Position numbers and translations under genes: made by a program. From assembly GCF_009914755.1 (NCBI RefSeq), contig NC_060931.1: a stretch of DNA of 64,000 nt; one strand, written 5' to 3'. The DNA comes from the human T2T-CHM13v2.0 reference genome, Homo sapiens. The stretch's first letter is position 1. Every line of letters starts with the position of its first letter. Below are positions 14,771-29,140 of this stretch, piece after piece. The notes below the pieces were generated by a model. That model was not told where the DNA came from. It worked only from the letters and a program-made list of their open reading frames with translations, and made no database searches.

Positions 14771-16517
14771 TTCAGAGATTTTCTGTGGCTCTTCTTAGAA
14801 CCCCTGTAAGAGCACCCGTGGGTGTTGCTGTGCATAAGACACAGCCTGGGTGGCATTCAGGATTGTGAGTATCTGAGCACGGCTCCCGGTCAGCTTTCCC
14901 AGGTGCAGCTTCACAATCACTGTCAGCAGCTCTGACCATCCAGCCCTTTATCTCTCTGCTCCTGGTGTCCTCATGGGTAAAACTGAAGGCAACGTGCTCT
15001 CTCTGCCAGTGAAGATTAACTTAGACAATAAACAATTGCCTGGCAAGGTATCTCTCCTCTCTGCCCCCTTCTTCCACCTTTTTTCACTGGGGAGCTCCCT
15101 GTCTTCCTATCATACTATTTTGACCCCTCTCTAGGCTTTTGGGGTTCTGTAGCACATCTATTATCCTGGTCAGCTCCCTGAAAACCCTCAGACTTGAAAC
15201 GAGAAAGGCTAACAGTTTTTGCCTTTGCTGTGTATCTCCCCAATCCTCCAATATATTGATGCCAATAATTGTCACTACAGACACCAATAATCAATACTGA
15301 CATCAAACAGGAGAAAGAAGGCTGAGGGCTGCAAGAAGTGATGGTGGAAGGCCTGGCCCCCAGACACTGTCATCTGTGGTGTGATTCATGGTTTTAACCC
15401 ACATGTGCAGTACACATCAGCAATCGAAATTATGCAATGACCATGTTCTTCAACCTGTCCATTTCCCCTAGGCAAGCCCACATTAGGAATATTCCTACAG
15501 AAGAATTAGGGCAAAGGAGATATGAGAGTTCTAAGCAACACAACGGGCAGTTTAAATGAGCTAGTGTCTTTTTGTTGCTATATGAACGTGCTTTACATAG
15601 TCAATGATAAATCATCATGAGGCAAAGAGCGATATTTTAAGCCAAAGCAAAGCTTTGGTAAAAGCCCAGTGGGCTCTTGGCCCCAATCCCATTTGCTGGA
15701 AAGGTGAGATGACTGTGAGAAGAGGGTGATCATTTGATCACAAGGCGGAGGGAGGGGCCAGTTGCTGAAATCAGCTCTCTGTGTTCAGGCTCGACTCGGA
15801 TAAATAGGAACTGTTTTCAGAGCCAGCTAATAGTATCAAAGTCAGCACAAGCAGGAATATGCACGCAGCACACAGGAGGGCAAGAGCAGAGCTGGTTTTG
15901 GAGAAACACAGGCTCTCTCCTTCGATGGAGGTTTCCTTTTATTTCTGTTTAACTTGGGTGCCAATAAAGGCCCTCGAAGTCACCCTGAAAGGCATCTGCT
16001 AAGCCTCCCCACCATGCTTGATTATACCTAGAAATCCTCCTGCCCAAACTCAGCCACAGTGACCACTGGCTGAAGCACTTTAGGCATTTTGTCAGAAACT
16101 GTTGGCACACTGTAGAGAGCCTGAGGACATCCCAGGAATTCCACAAAGGCAGTCAGTGAAGAATTGGGTCCAAACAATGGTCCATCCTTATTACACCCAT
16201 TAAAAACCACATTCTCCAAGTGGACCGAACCAAGAGGTGCTAAGCAGAAAGATCTGGATCTAAGGCTATCTTCTGTATGATCTCAACTTGTAAAATTTAT
16301 CTTTTTTTTTAACAAAGCTGGGGCCATACTGTATAAGGTGTATATATACATTTAAATAGTGGTTACCCCTGGGTAATAGATTGCAGGTGCTTGTGTTAAT
16401 GAATATATATTACATTCACAATTGTAAAGTATCTATTTCTAAAAATGGAAATTTAGTTACAGATCATACAGACAGCACTCAATAATCATTAATTCATCCA
16501 GTCCATAAGCTTTTTCA

Positions 16518-17074
<557 letters not shown>

Positions 17075-17598
17075 CTCAGTGAGTTACAGAAAACACAAAT
17101 CCACAGAGGGGCACATACAAATAAAAAGCCAATTTTGTTGACATTTTATTCTAATAAAAGTATAAAACACTAGTCTTGGATTATTAAAAAAATAGAACCT
17201 ACCATGTTTTGAGAACTTACTATATTCCAGGCACTATGCTAGACTTTTACTTGCACTATCTACTAATCTTTCAGTTATCCTTTAAGTTAAGTGTTTTACA
17301 AATGTTACAAATGAGGAAAGTGAAATTTAGGGAGACTCCATTGCCAAATAACAAGTAATTGGAAGAGACACATTTTAAACATGTGTCTATCCATCTTGAT
17401 TTGCCCTATAAATAAATAAAAAGGAATGTAAAACATTTAGTAACATAGCAAACAAAAAAAATCATTTAATTTCAACTTATGAGCTCATAGAGACAAGAGT
17501 TAAGGAGTATAAGGACAGAGCAGCAGAATGAGAGAATAGAAAGGAAGAAAAACAGAGAAGTGAATGGTACCCAGACATTAGATCAAATATCAAGTTTA

Positions 17599-18136
17599 AT
17601 GATCCAGCAATCCCACTCTGGGTATTTATCCAAAAGAACTGAAAACAGAATCTTGAAAAGCTATTAGTATTCCCATATTCACTGTGGCATTATTCACAAT
17701 AGACAAGAGGTGTAAACAAACCAGATGTCCATCAGTAGATAAATGGATAAAGGAAATGTGATACATACATAAAACGGAATGTGATTCCACCTTTAAGAAA
17801 ATTCAGCAATATGCAAGAACATGGATGAAACTTGAAATTAAGCTAAGCGAAAGAATCTCATCACAGAAAGACAGATACAGCATAATTCCATTCATATGAT
17901 GTATCTAAAACAGCCAAATTCATAGAATCAAAGAGTAGAATGATGGCTGCCAGGAGATGCAAGGGGGGAAATGGGGAGTTGCTAATCAATGAGCATAAAG
18001 TTTCAGCTTAGCAAGATGAATAAGTTCCAGAGATCTGCTGTCCAACACTGTACCCTATAGTTAACAATACTGTACTGTACACTTCAGAATTTGTTAAGAA
18101 GGCAAATCTCATGTTAAGTGTTCTTACCACAATAAT
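17599..18136 (+). mobile_element. L1MA-type 3' end
   Basis: atgatccagcaatcccactctgggtat...gttaagtgttcttaccacaataa. Confidence 0.85.
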
Positions 18137-18732
18137 TTTTTTTTACAAGACGTAAACATCTCTTATCTGGACAGTGAAATCATATTTGTTCTCCAAGATT
18201 GTGAATATCTGATTCACCTCTACATACAGCCTTAATGGCTAAACCTTCAGTCTCCATTGCGGAAGGCAGAGCCACAGTAGGAAATACCACTTTGGCTTCT
18301 GTACCCTGGCTGGAACAATAATTCCACACCTGTTATTTGCAGCAGCCCAGCAGAAATTAAACCAAGAGTTGAGTTCTACCCACTGGCCACAGGTCCTCAC
18401 ACCTAACTTTTCCTGCTTACATTAGTTCATCTTGCCTGCAGGTGTCTCAAATATTTTTCCGGTGCATGGGACTCAGAAGGTTTCATTAATTCCCTATACC
18501 ATAAATGTTAGTAATAGGAGCTAATTATTAAAACCTTGATTTTACTGACAAGATAGCTAAATCACAGGAAAAGAGATGAACCTTTGGGTGTTAATCCTCA
18601 AACACGGTCTGTCTACACAGCTTAATAAGTGGACTAAGTAAATGACCCAGGTCTAAGGACACGCCTCTGATTGCTCACTTCTGTTCCAGCTCTAACATTC
18701 TAAGTTCAATAAACACTGCTAAGACTGATTTT

Positions 18733-19032
<300 letters not shown>

Positions 19033-20342
19033 TGTTTTTGTCTTTTTACAAATATCACTGTGAAAATGCCACTGGAGTTTCACAGGGGGCTTTGGAGCTT
19101 CAATAGAGGGCAAGGCTGGTGTCTTTTACATCTTACCCACATAATACAGTCCTTTTCTACAGCCTAAACAGTTTTCTCAAAGGGCCTCAGAAACACTGAT
19201 ATGGATAGATTATCCATATGAAAGAAGAGCGAGAGAGGAAATGTCTTTCTATCTTGGTCTTATCTAAAGATGGTTCTCTGCAGGAAGGGGAATCAGGGTT
19301 TTTCAAAAGGTCCAGTGGGTCTCTTTCCCCATGGTTGAAGATGAGGGTACCCGAGAGCCAGTAGATGATGTCAAATGGTCTGTCCCCATCTGCAGTTCTG
19401 GGACACCTCTTTAGAACACTTGGGTGTGACCAAAGGAAATATGTGTTATATACTACGTGTTCAAAGTTTAAACAAGGTGCTTCCCCATTTGGTTCAAATA
19501 GATATGTGGGTTATACACTTAGATCCTCTTTTATGCCATCTATTCTAAAGGAAGGTTAAAAGCATATAAATATAGCCCTAATTTGCCACCTTGAGAAAGA
19601 CATTGAAATCCAAAGAAAATAAAAATAGCTACCATTTACATTCTATGGAAATACTACATACCGTGCCAGTACTTAAAATATTAGTTCTGACTCTAACTGC
19701 AACCTTAAAAAAAAAGCATCATTTTCTGCATTTTGCTAAAGTCGAAACATTGGTTCAGAGAGACTTGACCAAGACCACACAGCTGAGAAGTGAGAAGGTC
19801 AGGATTTGAATCCATAATTGACTCATTCCAAAGGTCTTCCCATCATTCTGAACTGCTTCCAAATAAATTGTACCAAAATCTTTCTGTAATTCTAGCATTT
19901 CAGCTTATATTTTACCAAAGTCACCCTTTCTAAAACGTCTTGGCCAACTCCAAATAGTCCCCTTATAGCATCATCATACCTACCACGGCATAGGACCCAA
20001 TACAGGTAGAACTTTCACCTCACAATTCAAGTAGAAATACTGCCCAGGGGCCAAATTGTAAAGCTCTGTATTGAGGTGGCTGCCTTCCAACCAATTAGAC
20101 TAAAAGTACCTGACAATGCTTCCAAGGAGGTCTTAACTAAAGAGATCAATCTTTTTAACAGATAATCGGGATAATTTCTAAGCAATCGAGCACCTGCTCA
20201 TTATCCGCTGTTCTGAGCGGAGAGTATTTCTCCACCGTGCCTGAATCATCTCTGAACCTTTCATAAAATGCTCTCCACTTCCACAGTATGCAGCCTCAGA
20301 CAGTAGGTGCAAAATTCAATTTTTACAAGTGAAAGTATATTC

Positions 20343-20424
20343 TTAAGTTGAACTGTATGAGATTGCTGATATTTGACAAATTTTGATTCACAAAAAAATG
20401 GCAATTTCAAACGGTTCAAAGTAA
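20343..20424. mobile_element. MADE2-like miniature palindromic element
   Basis: ttaagttgaactgtatgagattgc...gcaatttcaaacggttcaaagtaa; similar to the copy at 7205. Confidence 0.7.
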
Positions 20425-20429
20425 ACCTT

Positions 20430-20939
20430 AGGACAGAGGTTTAGCTGCAGGAATAAAAGCCAAAAAAAAAAAAAATAGCAGCTTCTGTAGATATAGAAGT
20501 CTCCTGCTTCCTCATGCAACTGTGCTAGTGTAAGGAACCCAGGATGCCACAGCAGTTCCATAGTACAGAGGACCCATGCTCCTCCATGCTCATATTCCTG
20601 CTGTACTCAACATGTGACATGGCAGGAGTCCACCCCATAGTCTAAAGGTCACAGCCCCACCTCCCACCATGACATCCACATCCAAAGACCGGGAAAGGGA
20701 AAGGCAGCAGTGGAACACAAACCTCTCCCCTTAGGATCAAGACCTAGAAGTTTTCTATGCACCTTCTGCACATCTCCCACTGATGAGAGCTTAGCCACAT
20801 GACACATCTAGCCACAAATGATGCTGTGAAATGCTATCATTTATCATATATGGGTAGTTATATCCCAGCAAAAGTTGGAATTTTATTACTAAATGAAAAG
20901 GGAGGAATTGATACTGGGGGCAACCTGCAATCTCTGACA
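20430..20939 (-). mobile_element. Old MaLR LTR (MLT1J/K-like)
   Basis: Degenerate MLT1 motifs (ttagccacatgacacatctagc, ends ...atctctgaca). Confidence 0.55.
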
Positions 20940-21759
20940 TATAGTAAGGAAAAGAATTGCAATTGGCAAACAATCCTGCAGTTTCCATGATGGATCATGT
21001 AAAATTGACTGAACTGGAAAGCTCTGGAAAAGCACCTGGAAAGATGAAAATTGAGCTATTGAAGTAAGCTTAAATTAAGTGGAAATCAGAATTCTTGGCA
21101 TATGGAAGTTGCTAAGAAGCAGATATAGAACACGCATGAGTTCTCTGATGGCCTGGGAAACATCTGCCCTTTGGAGAAATCGGCCCTTTGCCAATTGGTA
21201 GAGCACATGCATCCAGGCTTTGCTCTCATCTTTCTCAGTCTGTAAGGTCATATTTGGAGGCACATCTTTATTTCTGGTGTTCAACTTAGGATGAGCTGTA
21301 AAGGTTTTGTAAGATGTTCATCTTGTAAGAAATGAAATTAACTCAGATACTCAAGCATTCTTTATGATTTTTCCAAACCATCTTTCGAGGCACTAAGGCC
21401 CCGAGGTAGAAGTGCCTCTTTCCCAGATCCCACAAGACCTTAGGCATCAGATTTATTAAAGCAGTTTAAGTTGCTGGGATATAACTACTGTGCAACCAAA
21501 AAGAGCTGATTATCACATCAGTTTGCCCCACTTTAGGAAAGTCCAGTATATTAAAGAAAACCCTCTCCAAAGTTAAAAAGAAGGTAACTGGAAGGTCCCA
21601 GCGATATAAGTATAATGACACGTAAAGCAATGAATGAAATGTAAAGGCATAAAACCTTTTCAGGTGCCAGACCACTTGGAATTACTCCCCTACACTACAT
21701 GACACCTGACATTCTCTCAACTCAATATTGCAGAATAACTTCACCAGAACTGATGAAAA

Positions 21760-21970
21760 GAACATTGCACTGCAAAGTCAAATGAGACTTCCGAGATCAA
21801 TTCCATACTTAACTAGCTAAGTAGTCTCAAGCAAATTGCCTAACCATTCATCTCTGTGCTTCAGTCTGTTCATCTGTAAGATAGGGATAATAATAGCACC
21901 TACTTCATAGGTTCACTACGAGGGTGAAATGAGTTAATATATGGGACTGCTCATCACAGAGCCTAGCAGG
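21760..21970 (+). mobile_element. MIR SINE
   Basis: ctctgtgcttcagtctgttcatctgtaagatagggataataatagcacctacttcatagg. Confidence 0.8.
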
Positions 21971-23039
21971 GGAAACACCCAATTCTTTATTCTAACTGGA
22001 CTTGGCACAAGAATTAAGATACCTTGAGTGCAAATTTTCCATTACCCTTCATTAAGTCTAAAAAGGGAGATAAAACCTGGAAGCCCCAGCTCATAGAGCC
22101 CTCTTTCCCAAAGTGGAATGAACGTGCCCCCTTCATCCATGGTGCCTGGCAAGCTCTGCCACAGGAGGATATAACAGAAGGAAGAAGAAAGCCTTCCCCT
22201 CTGCAAAAAAGAGTAACAAAAGTGGAAGAAAATATACCCCAATTTTCTCCTCTCCTCCCTGAGAAGTGAGGATAATGTCAGGGTCAGAGGGGAGCTACAG
22301 TCCTTATGCCCCACTGAACACTCTGGAAAGATCACTTCTTGGGCTGCCCCTCTCACCAGCCTAGGGCACAGTTACATCCTGTAGCTGCACAGTGTAGCCA
22401 GGCTAAGGAGACCTGAAGTTGAGATTACCCCAGCTGCCCTTAATACTCATGTAGTGAAGACACAGCAGGTTAGCTACTGTAGCAGTGGCCACGTGGTTCT
22501 GTAGCAAGGGCTGGGGATCAGAGCCCAATGTCAGTGCAGCCAGATGGCAGAGCAATGAAGGTGAGCCTGAGCCAGTGGGTGCATGCCATGCCACTGGCCT
22601 CTGCTAGAGCCAAAGATGGAGATCGTGAGTTAATGAACCACATATACATGCAGGGAATACCACTCATGTGAGCATAGGACACTGCTCCCAGAGGACAGGA
22701 GGCAGAATATAGCACACCAAAGAACCTCTGACACCACGAGATTAGCTGTATCACAATCCTTCCCCCAATCATCTACACAGACACCATGTGTACATCTCCT
22801 CTGCACAAGCAAGTAGTAGTCTGAGTTTAAAATGGTGACCACTCCCCCACCTGATTCAAACACAAAATGTGGACAGTTCATGAGAGAAACGTCCCTACGA
22901 TTATGTGTGAAATATATAAAGATAAAATCAATTATCACTAAACAAATATGAGTCCCATGGGGATGCAGGAGTGAAAAAAATACAACTCAGCGAAATCAAA
23001 CTTAGAACATGAAAATATAGGCTTTCTAAATTCTCACAA

Positions 23040-23790
23040 CTGTGGACAGGACTATAAATTTGATGCAACTTTGGAAAACTGTTTGGTACCATCTCTAAAA
23101 GCTAAAGAGGGCCTACCCTAATGAATCATTCATTCCACTCTCAGGTATTAACCCAAGATAAATAAGTGGTTTTTTCTACCAATAGACATGTATAAGATGT
23201 GTTCAGCTGCCTTATTCACCATAGCCTAATACTGGAAACAGACAAAATGCCTAACAGGTGAAGAATGGGTAAATAAATTGTGGGATATTGTACACTATAA
23301 TATAATTTATCAATAAAAAAAGAAGGAACTGCTCCTACAGATGGCAATACGGATGAATCTCAATACATGATGAGGAGCAAAAGAAGTAAAATTCATAAGA
23401 GTATATACTATATGATTCCATTTATACAAGGTTCAAGAACAACTGAAATTAATCTATGGGGTTAGAATCAGAATAGTGGCTACCTGGTAGTAGGAAGTGA
23501 GCAGAGGAGAGGAGGTATTAGCTGGGAAGAGGCATGGAGGAGCTAATGGATTCTGGAATTACCCTGTGACTTCATCTGAGTAGCAGTAACACAGGATAGA
23601 TATAGATAAGATATAGATACAGATAGAAGTAGATATAAATATAGATAATGTAGATGTAGATATAGATTTTGATTTAGTATTTTACATAAAATTTTTACAT
23701 ATATAAAAATGTATGAAGCTGTACGGCTAAGATTTTTGCTACTTACTACATGTATTTCATACCTCATTATAAAAGCTTCAAAACAACATA
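23040..23790 (+). mobile_element. Old L1M 3' fragment containing imperfect (TAGA)n
   Basis: L1 ORF2-end/3'UTR motifs; TAGA-rich tract at ~23597-23668. Confidence 0.7.
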
Positions 23791-24888
23791 CATGCACAGT
23801 CTTTTCCACTTCAATTTAAGGAAGCAAGGTGTGAGAGGAATGTGTGTTACCCCAAGGGGGCTGATCTACACCCAAACTCTACAGGGCATCATCTAATGTA
23901 CGTTGGAAATAAATGTAGACTTCCCCTGGTCACCTCTGATAGAGGGTTCCTCTCATTTACCTGGGCCACCTCTAAACAGAGATCTCTAGATGCCATGAAA
24001 TGGACAACTAGAAAAAGTCATAGGCTGTGGTGACTCAAAAACTGAATTACCTTAAGAAATTTTGTTATCCCTTAAATAACAGATCAAAATAATTATTTTA
24101 GAGATGTGTGACAAGGAACCTGGAGTGGCAGAAGGCGTGCACCACGCATTTATGTTGAAACTATCACAATACTTGGGCCAAATCCTGAGGGACCTAGAAA
24201 ATCTGAGTCTTCAAGGGCAAGGACCATAACCAAACCAAGAATAAACCATGCTGGGTGCCCAGGTGCCAGCAGCTCTGTCATCCACTGATGACTTAATTCT
24301 CCTTCCTGCTCTTCAAGTTTTGCAGAAATATTTAAGCCAAGAGTCCCTTAATACTTTAGACTCATTGTTGGTGTTTATGCTTTTTAAGTCACAGATCTTT
24401 TTGAAAACCTGATAAAAGTTACAGGCACCCAGAAAAAAGTTATAAGATGTTGCATATATCTTGAGGTATCATAAGTAATACTTAGTAGCTCCTAACTATG
24501 GAATGGAAAAAAAAAACTGGAATTGTAAAACTACTAAGGGGAGTATGAAACATTTCCTCAATAATCCAAACCAGTTAGCAGACAGTAAGTGTAACTTTAT
24601 TTATACTATGGCTAAAAACTAATTAGTTCCTTATATTACTTTACTTTATGTTTAGCTGGAGTTATGCTTAATAAATGTGTTAGTAACACTGGACATCTCG
24701 TACTATGATCTTGCTTTATTTTTTAATGAGCAAATGAGTTAATAATTGTTTATTAAACAGAGTCCATTTCATAAGAAAAATATATTTTTGAAATATGCAG
24801 TAACAACATAGGTTAATGCAAAAGACAGTATAAATGCATTATTGCTTATAACTCATTATGATTCTATCTGATTTAAAAGAGTTGCATA

Positions 24889-25195
<307 letters not shown>

Positions 25196-25704
25196 TTACT
25201 ATAAATCTTGTTGACGAACATAAAATATATAAACATGTAAGGTGTTTGACAATCACAATACAACAAAAGAGAGAAAATGGAGCTACACAGGAGAAAAATG
25301 TTATATACTATTGAAATTGAGATAGTATTAATCTGACCTCTATTGTGACAAATGTAGATGTTAACTGTAATCCCAGGGCAACCACTAAGAAAATAACTCA
25401 AAAACTATTTGTAAAAGAAACAACAAGGGAATTAAAAGACCACACAAGAAAATATCTATTTAACACCAAAAGCAGGCATGAAAAATAAAGCAACAAAGAG
25501 AAATAAGATATACATGACAAACATAAATCCTGTCTTTTCAGTTAATTATGTAAAATGTAAATAGACTTAATACTCCAATTAAAAGGCAGAGATTGGCAAA
25601 ATTGATCCAAAAAATCTAACAAAATACTGTCTATGAGAGACAACATTTAGATTCAAAGACACAAATAAGTTGAAAGTATAAGGATGAAAAAGATATCTCA
25701 TGCT

Positions 25705-25860
25705 GCCAGGCATGATGGCAAGTGCCTGTAGTCCCAGCTACTCAGGAGGCTGAGGCAGGAGGATTGCTTGAGTCCAGGAATTCGAGGCTGCAGTGAGTTA
25801 TGATCGTGCCTGTACTCCAGCCTGAGTGACAGAGCAAGACCCTGTCTCTTAAATAAAAAA
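25705..25860 (+). mobile_element. Alu right monomer (FRAM-like)
   Basis: Single monomer; TSD aaaaagata[tc/ca]tcatgc. Confidence 0.85.
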
Positions 25861-26559
25861 AAAGATACATCATGCAAATATTATAGTAACCAAAAGAAAA
25901 CTGGAATGGCTATAACCGTATCAGATAAAAATGGACTTTAAGACAAAAGTTACTACTAGAGACAAAGAAGGACATTTAATAATGACAAAAGGTCAATCTA
26001 TGAAGTAGACGTAACAAATGTAACTATGCACCTAATAAAAGAGCACTAAAATACATGAAGGATAAACTGACAGAGCGGAAGAAAGAAATAGACAATTCAA
26101 CAACAATACTGAAGACTCCAATACCTTAGTTTCAATAATGGATAGAACATCTAGATAGAAGATCAACAAGAAAACAAACCAACTCATCCTAACACACATC
26201 TATAGAACACTCTACCCAACAACAGCAAAAAACAGTTATTCTCAAGCGTACATGGAAGATTCTCCAGGATAGGCCATATGCTAGACTATAAAATGAGCCT
26301 CAACAAATTTTAAAAGATTAAAGTCACATAAAATATTTTCTCCACCTACAATGGATTCACTGTCTATGCTTAACAGGAACAACTATGGGCCAATATACAT
26401 CCCCAGGAGAGCCCTACAAGGACTTAGGTCTCAACCTATAGTTTAGGAATGCCAGTGGTCCCCATGGTCACAAGCATTTTGTAAAGGGATGGAAACAGAA
26501 CTCTGGATACCATTTTCCTAGAGACTCTCAGAGAAAATATTGTGTTATAAAATCTGTAG

Positions 26560-26986
26560 GTTAAAAAAGTAGGATGTCTTACACAAATGTCTCATATATT
26601 AAAGAATTACAGAGTAATTACAGAGAAAGGTATTAGACTGTTCTTCAACATCCTAGGAGTGCTGCCATTAAGTTGGGAGATCCTCCCAAGGTTTGGACCA
26701 TCTACGCTATTTAAAGGTTTGTAACCATTATCAGATAGAGGAAAAGATTGTCTGCTATGAAAGATTCTCTTCCCTAATTTAGGATTCCTTCCAAGCTGCA
26801 AATCACCTGAAGCTGATTATTCCTAAGTCCAAGACCACTGCCTGCAAAATAATCAAGTCAATACCCATAATTAAGTCAAGTTGCCAGCCTTAATTATATT
26901 TCTCTCTCGCTCGTTCACTCTCTCTCTCCTTCCCTCCTTCCCTCTCTGCCCCACCCCCGTGTACATTATATACCAATTCATTGGAG

Positions 26987-27029
<43 letters not shown>

Positions 27030-27203
27030 TGTGTGTGTGTGTTAAAGAAGCAGGATGTCTTACACAGATGTTTCATATATTGAGGAATTACAGAGTAATT
27101 ACAGGGAAAGGTATTACACTGTTCTTCAACACCCTAGGCAGTGCTGCCATAAGTTGGGAGATCCTCCCAAGGTTTGGACCATCTATGCATCTATGCTATA
27201 TAT

Positions 27204-27245
<42 letters not shown>
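26560..27245 (+). repeat. ~148-bp local direct duplication (26560-26707, 27041-27188); second copy flanked by (TG)n and (CA)n
   Basis: Manual alignment gives about 10 substitutions and 2 single-base indels. Confidence 0.95.
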
Positions 27246-27247
<2 letters not shown>

Positions 27248-29049
27248 AATTGATTAAATGTTGATTAAATGTTAGGCATCCAAATGCAATTAAGACTTTT
27301 AAAGACAAAAGCATCTTTATAGATGGGTGACACTTAAGAATTTGATAAGGGCTTTCTTTTTTTTGGATTTCTGATGGTTTAAAATAAGAGACCCTTCTCT
27401 CAACAAATCCATGAAAGCATACTGGGTTGGAGTTTACTGCTGTTGTAAAAAAGGATTTTGGATGACAGATAGTTCAGAGGGCAAGTCAGCTCTGAACCAG
27501 TGTCCTGGCTCTGTGTCAAGGGGGCAACTATGCCCCAGAAGGACCCTTCAACAGGTAAGGGTAAAAATCTGATCACACAAACGAGGGACTGCTACCACAG
27601 CAGTGGACCCAATTAGGGTCCACTTTGCCTAGTTAAATATCCAAATGAGAGAAGAGATCATTTATAAGGCCAGTGTCTGCAGTCAATTCTCTATTCTACA
27701 GTTCTTATTTATGCTCAAGGAGTAAGGACAAAGTGTCAGAGGTATAGAATGCTTCCTGACTCCTGTAATCAGCACACCCTTACTCCTCTTGTCTGATGGC
27801 TACAATTCATTCTTAGGATCTTAGCTTGAAATCTACCTACTTTAAGTAACTGTGTTCAAATCCTCTGACTCTAGATTAGTTCCCTAGTTACAAACTGAAC
27901 TGTATTTTTATCATACATAAGTTAAAATTACTATTTTTAACTAATAACTATGTACTTAGTAGTGTGTGCAAAAGTTTATCTCACTATCAACTCCTGCTGC
28001 TCTGTATGCTCAACCAGGACAGCTCTGTCAACTGCTATATTATGAGTCTCTAGAAAGTGCCTTCCACATATTAGATTCTCAATAAATGGCTCTAAATAAA
28101 TGAATTCTACCAAATTGACTTGACAATAGAATAGATAACTAATAAAGCATATGAATTTAACATCCTTTACTCAACAACTTTTAGGTGCCTTGATAAAAGT
28201 GCATTTATGCATGGGTCTATGCATATTTTATTAAATCATTATAGGCACGTAAAGATAGGGAAAAATCATATATATATTTATTAATTTGTTAAATTATTAT
28301 ATATTCAAGCTCTTCCCATTTATGAACTCAGCTTTCAACTAAATAACTGCATGAGAGTAAGATGTAAATGACCAAAATGGTGGTTTTCTCGTTTTTGTAC
28401 ATCTGTTCTAAGTAGGTTCAGGGTGATCAAAATTGATATATGATTATCACATAGCAAATATTTCAAAACTAAGATCTTATCCATGGCTTTATACGACATC
28501 ATTCCTCAAAAGAGATTTGGTCAATTTGTGTTCAGGAAGTACATCTACAGCCAAATAGTACACTTAAATTTAGATCTCAAATCAATAAGAATGATGTTTC
28601 AGCATTTCCATGTGGAAAGGTGGCCCATAGATGCAGTCTCAGAAAATCGTGATTATTATCACTTCAATTTTGCATGATGCTGTATAGATGGTCTTACTAT
28701 ATTCTTTCATGGGTAAATTCCTTAAACTCTGTGGTGACAGCATTTCCATTATGTAAATGTTAGCCATTTACTGAGAATGTAGGAAAAATTATATCTGCAA
28801 CACAAGGAATCTTTACATCTTTTGTCCCTTTTACAGGAGCCCACTGGGCCACTTATTTTCTCAGAAGTTCTATGCAGGTGGCCCCTAGTGTAAATGGCTA
28901 GAAAGTCTTTTAAAATTGTGTTTGGACAGTAAGGTGGAAATTTCCAGACTTTAAAATATCAGAAAAATGCATCATTTTAAGAAAGATTCTTTCCCTTCTC
29001 TACTTATTTTCTCCTAAGGTACTTCACAATATTTCCTGTTTGAAATTTA

Positions 29050-29140
29050 GTCATATATATGAATGTATGTAATATATGTAACTATATATTTGTATGTATG
29101 AATACATACACACACACACACACACACACGCACAAACACA
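29050..29140 (+). repeat. (TA)-rich and (CA)n microsatellite
   Basis: Read directly. Confidence 0.9.

Noticed and set aside
26560-27245. Repeat-spacer-repeat layout as CRISPR-like
   Set aside because: Only two long copies in primate intronic DNA, with no array periodicity or associated genes.
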